Of a DNA stretch of 64,000 nt, positions 60,911 to 64,000 are shown one piece after another. Source of the DNA: Betaproteobacteria bacterium (GTDB lineage Bacteria > Pseudomonadota > Gammaproteobacteria > Burkholderiales > Thiobacillaceae); the NCBI GenBank assembly GCA_020061585.1, contig JAGUXX010000201.1, positions 4,575-68,574 of the forward strand, written 5' to 3'. Below the pieces are notes generated by a model. The model saw only the letters and a list, made by a program, of their open reading frames with translations, searched no databases and was not told where the DNA came from. Position 1 is the stretch's first letter, and every line of letters begins with the position of its first letter. Made by a program: the position numbers and the translations under genes.

Positions 60911-63900
60911 TCACGCCGCCGCCCGCTCCCGGTCTCGACTGCTCTTCAACACCACCGAATAACCCACATTGAAGGTGCCGAACTCAGCGAGGGAGACAAA
61001 CAGCTCTTCGCTCAGGCGCAGCTTCCAGGCCGGGCCGAGTTGTACATCGCACTCCGCCAGCGGGTTGCGGTAATGCAGGCTGACCGCGCAACCGTTGGGA
61101 TCCTTGTAGCCGGTCAGCAGATCGATCAGGCGGCGCACATCGACAGCTTCCTTCAAGTCCAGTTTCAGGCCGGTGGCGAAGCGGGTACGCGCGGTGTCGA
61201 GGTCCATCACTTCTTCGGCGGTGACGCGCATGCCGCCGGAATAGCTGTCATCCCGCGCATTGCCGGCGACGATCAGCAGCGCGTCTTCTTTCAGCAGTGG
61301 CTTGTTGGCATCGAACAACTCGCCAAACACAGCGATTTCGAGCTGCGCGCCGCGGTCGTCCAGCACGATGCTGGCCATCTTGCCGCGCCGGGTCATCTGG
61401 ATGCGCATGCTGGCGATAGTGCCGGCCATCAGTTGCAGTTCGCGCTGCGGCTTGACGTCTTTCAGAGGGCGGTCGACCAGGCCCTTCAGCGCGGCGCGGT
61501 CGGCGTCGAACGGATGGCCGGACAGATACAACCCGAGCGCGGCTTTCTCCTGAATCAGGCGTTCCTTCAGCCCCCATTCCGCCGCCTTGACCAGATCCGG
61601 CGGCGTTTGCGCTTCGACATCGCCGAACAGCGAGTCCTGCGCGGCATTGGCATGCTGATTTTCCGCCCATTCCATGGCCAGGCCGACACTCATCAGCGCG
61701 GCATTGCGGTTGGCATGCAGCGTATCGAAGCCACCGGAACGGATCAGCGCTTCGATCACGCGCCGATTGACGATGCGCTTGTCGACGCGACGACAGAAAT
61801 CGAACAGCGAGTTGAACGCGCCACCCGATTCGCGCGCGGCCAGGATGCAGTTGATCGCCCCCTCGCCGGTGCCCTTCACCGCGCCCAGGCCGTAGCGCAC
61901 CTGCTTGCGGTCCACCGGCACGAAGCGGAAGCCGGACTGGTTGACATCCGGCGGCAGGATGGCGATGCCGTTCTTGATCGCGTCGTCGACGAAAATCTTG
62001 ACGCTGTCGGTGTCGTCCATATCGGCCGACAAGGTGCCGGCCATGTAGGCGGCGGTGTGGTGCGCCTTCAACCAGGCGGTCTGGTAGGACACCACGGCAT
62101 AGGCGGCGGTGTGCGATTTGTTGAAGCCGTATTCGGCGAACTTTTCCATCAGATCGAACAGCTTCATCGCCAGTGCCGGGTCGTAACCCTTCTTTGCCGC
62201 GCCCTCGGCCATGATACTGCGGTGCTTGGCCATTTCCTCGGCCTTTTTCTTGCCCATCGCGCGGCGCAGCAAGTCGGCGCCGCCCAGCGTGTAGCCGCCG
62301 ATGATCTGCGAAATCTGCATCACCTGTTCCTGATAGACGATGACGCCGTAGGTCGGCTCCAGACATTCCTTCAGGTCGGGGTGGAAGTAGTCGATGCTCT
62401 GCTTGCCCTTCTTGCGCAGGATGAAGTCATCCACCATGCCGGAACCCAGCGGACCCGGCCGGTACAGCGCCAGCACGGCGATGATGTCCTCGAAACGGTC
62501 TGGTTCCAGCTTGGTCAGCAGCTTCTTCATGCCGTCCGACTCGAGCTGGAAGATCGCCGTGGTGTTGGCCTTCTTCAGGATGTCGTAGGCCGCCTTGTCG
62601 TCCAAAGGCAGCGTCTCCAGATTCACGTCCCAGTTCGGGTCGAGCTGTTTGATGAAGCGCACCGCCCAGTCGATGATGGTCAGGTTGCGCAGGCCGAGGA
62701 AGTCGAACTTGACCAGGCCGACCTTCTCCACATCGTCCTTGTCGAACTGCGACACCACCGAATCCGAACCTTCGACGTTGTACAGCGGACAGAAATCGGT
62801 CAGCTTGCCCGGCGCGATCAGCACGCCGCCGGCATGGGTGCCGATGTTGCGCGACAAGCCTTCCAGTTTGCGCGCCAGATCGAACAACTCCTTGACCTCC
62901 TCCTCCTGCTCGTAGCGCGCCTTCAGTTCCGGCACCTGTTCCAGCGCCTCGTCCAGCGACACGTTCTTGCCCGGCTGGTTGGGAATCAACTTGGAAATCT
63001 GATCGCAGAAGGTGTAGCTGAGGTCGAGCACGCGGCCGACGTCGCGCACCACCGCGCGCGCCGCCATGGTGCCGAAGGTGGCGATCTGCGACACCGCGTC
63101 GGCGCCGTATTTGTCGCGCACGTATTCGATGACCCGACCGCGTCCGTCCTGGCAGAAGTCGACGTCAAAGTCGGGCATGGACACCCGCTCCGGGTTAAGA
63201 AATCGCTCGAACAACAGCGCGTAAGCCAATGGATCCAAATCGGTAATTCCGATCGAGAACGCCACCAGCGAACCCGCGCCGGAACCCCGTCCCGGCCCCA
63301 CCGGCACGCCGTTGTGCTTACCCCAGTTGATGAAGTCCGCCACGATCAGGAAGTAGCCGGGGAAGCCCATCTGGATGATGGTGTTCAGCTCCAACTCCAG
63401 CCGCGCTTCATATTCTTCGAGACGCGATGCCCGCACCTTCTCGTCCGGGAACAGCACCCGCATGCGTTTGACCAGGCCCTCGCGGGCGAACTGGCGCAGG
63501 TATTCCTCCAGCGGCATGCCGCCCGGCGTCGGGAAATCCGGCAGCTTGCTCTTGCCCAGTTCCAGCGTCAGGTTGCAACGCCGCGCAATCTCGACGCTGT
63601 TTTCCAGCGCTTCCGGCAGATCGGCGAACAGCTCGGCCATTTCGGCCTGGGTCTTGAAGAAATCCTCTTCGGTAAAGGTCTTCGGCCGGCGCTGATCGGA
63701 CAGCACGTAGCCTTCAGAGATGCACACCCGCGCCTCGTGCGCCATGTAATCGTCGCGCGTCATGAACTCGACCGGATGCGTCGCCACCACCGGCAGCCCG
63801 AGTTCCTCCGCCAACGCCACCGCATGCACCACATGCGGCTCGCATTCCGGCCGGCCGTCGCGTTGCAATTCCAGGTAATAGCGATCCGGGAAGCGCGCCG

Positions 63901-64000
63901 CCCAATCGGCCGCCAGCCGCCGCGCGGTATCGTGCGCATCGTTGAGCAGCGCCACGCCGACATCGCCCAGATGGCCGCCGGACAATGCGATCAAGCCCGC
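60911..64000 (-). CDS. dnaE: DNA polymerase III alpha subunit (partial; the N-terminus lies beyond the window end)
   Basis: PHP remnant, polymerase core (GRGSGAGSLVAFSIGITDLDP; PDFDVDF), HhH, and a C-terminal OB fold. The reading frame remains open to position 64000. Confidence 0.95.
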   Translation of the reverse strand, partial: AGLIALSGGHLGDVGVALLNDAHDTARRLAADWAARFPDRYYLELQRDGRPECEPHVVHAVALAEELGLPVVATHPVEFMTRDDYMAHEARVCISEGYVLSDQRRPKTFTEEDFFKTQAEMAELFADLPEALENSVEIARRCNLTLELGKSKLPDFPTPGGMPLEEYLRQFAREGLVKRMRVLFPDEKVRASRLEEYEARLELELNTIIQMGFPGYFLIVADFINWGKHNGVPVGPGRGSGAGSLVAFSIGITDLDPLAYALLFERFLNPERVSMPDFDVDFCQDGRGRVIEYVRDKYGADAVSQIATFGTMAARAVVRDVGRVLDLSYTFCDQISKLIPNQPGKNVSLDEALEQVPELKARYEQEEEVKELFDLARKLEGLSRNIGTHAGGVLIAPGKLTDFCPLYNVEGSDSVVSQFDKDDVEKVGLVKFDFLGLRNLTIIDWAVRFIKQLDPNWDVNLETLPLDDKAAYDILKKANTTAIFQLESDGMKKLLTKLEPDRFEDIIAVLALYRPGPLGSGMVDDFILRKKGKQSIDYFHPDLKECLEPTYGVIVYQEQVMQISQIIGGYTLGGADLLRRAMGKKKAEEMAKHRSIMAEGAAKKGYDPALAMKLFDLMEKFAEYGFNKSHTAAYAVVSYQTAWLKAHHTAAYMAGTLSADMDDTDSVKIFVDDAIKNGIAILPPDVNQSGFRFVPVDRKQVRYGLGAVKGTGEGAINCILAARESGGAFNSLFDFCRRVDKRIVNRRVIEALIRSGGFDTLHANRNAALMSVGLAMEWAENQHANAAQDSLFGDVEAQTPPDLVKAAEWGLKERLIQEKAALGLYLSGHPFDADRAALKGLVDRPLKDVKPQRELQLMAGTIASMRIQMTRRGKMASIVLDDRGAQLEIAVFGELFDANKPLLKEDALLIVAGNARDDSYSGGMRVTAEEVMDLDTARTRFATGLKLDLKEAVDVRRLIDLLTGYKDPNGCAVSLHYRNPLAECDVQLGPAWKLRLSEELFVSLAEFGTFNVGYSVVLKSSRDRERAAA

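Overview
This is a GC-rich proteobacterial chromosomal window. The housekeeping synteny (thrS-infC-rpmI-rplT-pheS-pheT-ihfA-merR-tRNA-Pro, tRNA-Val/metG, map-glnD, rluB-scpB-scpA, dnaE) looks betaproteobacterial, but that is inference only. (1) Positions 1-1843 are the edge of an integrative element: a DUF4224-like ORF plus a tyrosine integrase abutting the 3' end of tRNA-Pro(GGG). (2) Positions 11.85-16.84 kb hold a partner-switching cluster with no sigma factor. It contains a STAS protein, an MBL-fold hydrolase, a CHASE2-PP2C phosphatase, an OmpA-like lipoprotein, a FecR-domain protein and an RsbW-like kinase. (3) The dominant accessory feature is a block of 27 co-directional minus-strand genes (20424-51843). 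It starts with a short alphaproteobacterial-type flagellin that has a sigma-28-like promoter and its own intrinsic terminator. An unknown 233-aa protein, FlbT and FlaF follow. After them come 23 tightly packed genes for soluble sugar-biosynthesis and sugar-transfer enzymes: rfbF/G/H (CDP-3,6-dideoxyhexose), a YerE-like ThDP enzyme, an NDP-hexose C-methyltransferase, a NeuB-cupin fusion, FdtA plus a DegT aminotransferase, a sulfotransferase, an ATP-grasp-HAD fusion, three radical SAM enzymes, three GT2 genes and a 1243-aa four-module glycosyltransferase. I see no Wzx/Wzy, ABC exporter, polyprenyl-phosphate transferase or ligase, so I read this block as an unusually elaborate flagellin O-glycosylation island. 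The most novel signal I can see is a Rossmann-like, putative NDP-sugar-binding module fused to three different catalytic chassis (radical SAM, GT2, class I methyltransferase). (4) A small DUF6516-like/HTH toxin-antitoxin pair sits between scpA and dnaE. Many long antisense ORFs in the track are high-GC shadow ORFs and were rejected. No CRISPR array, rRNA or IS element was recognised.
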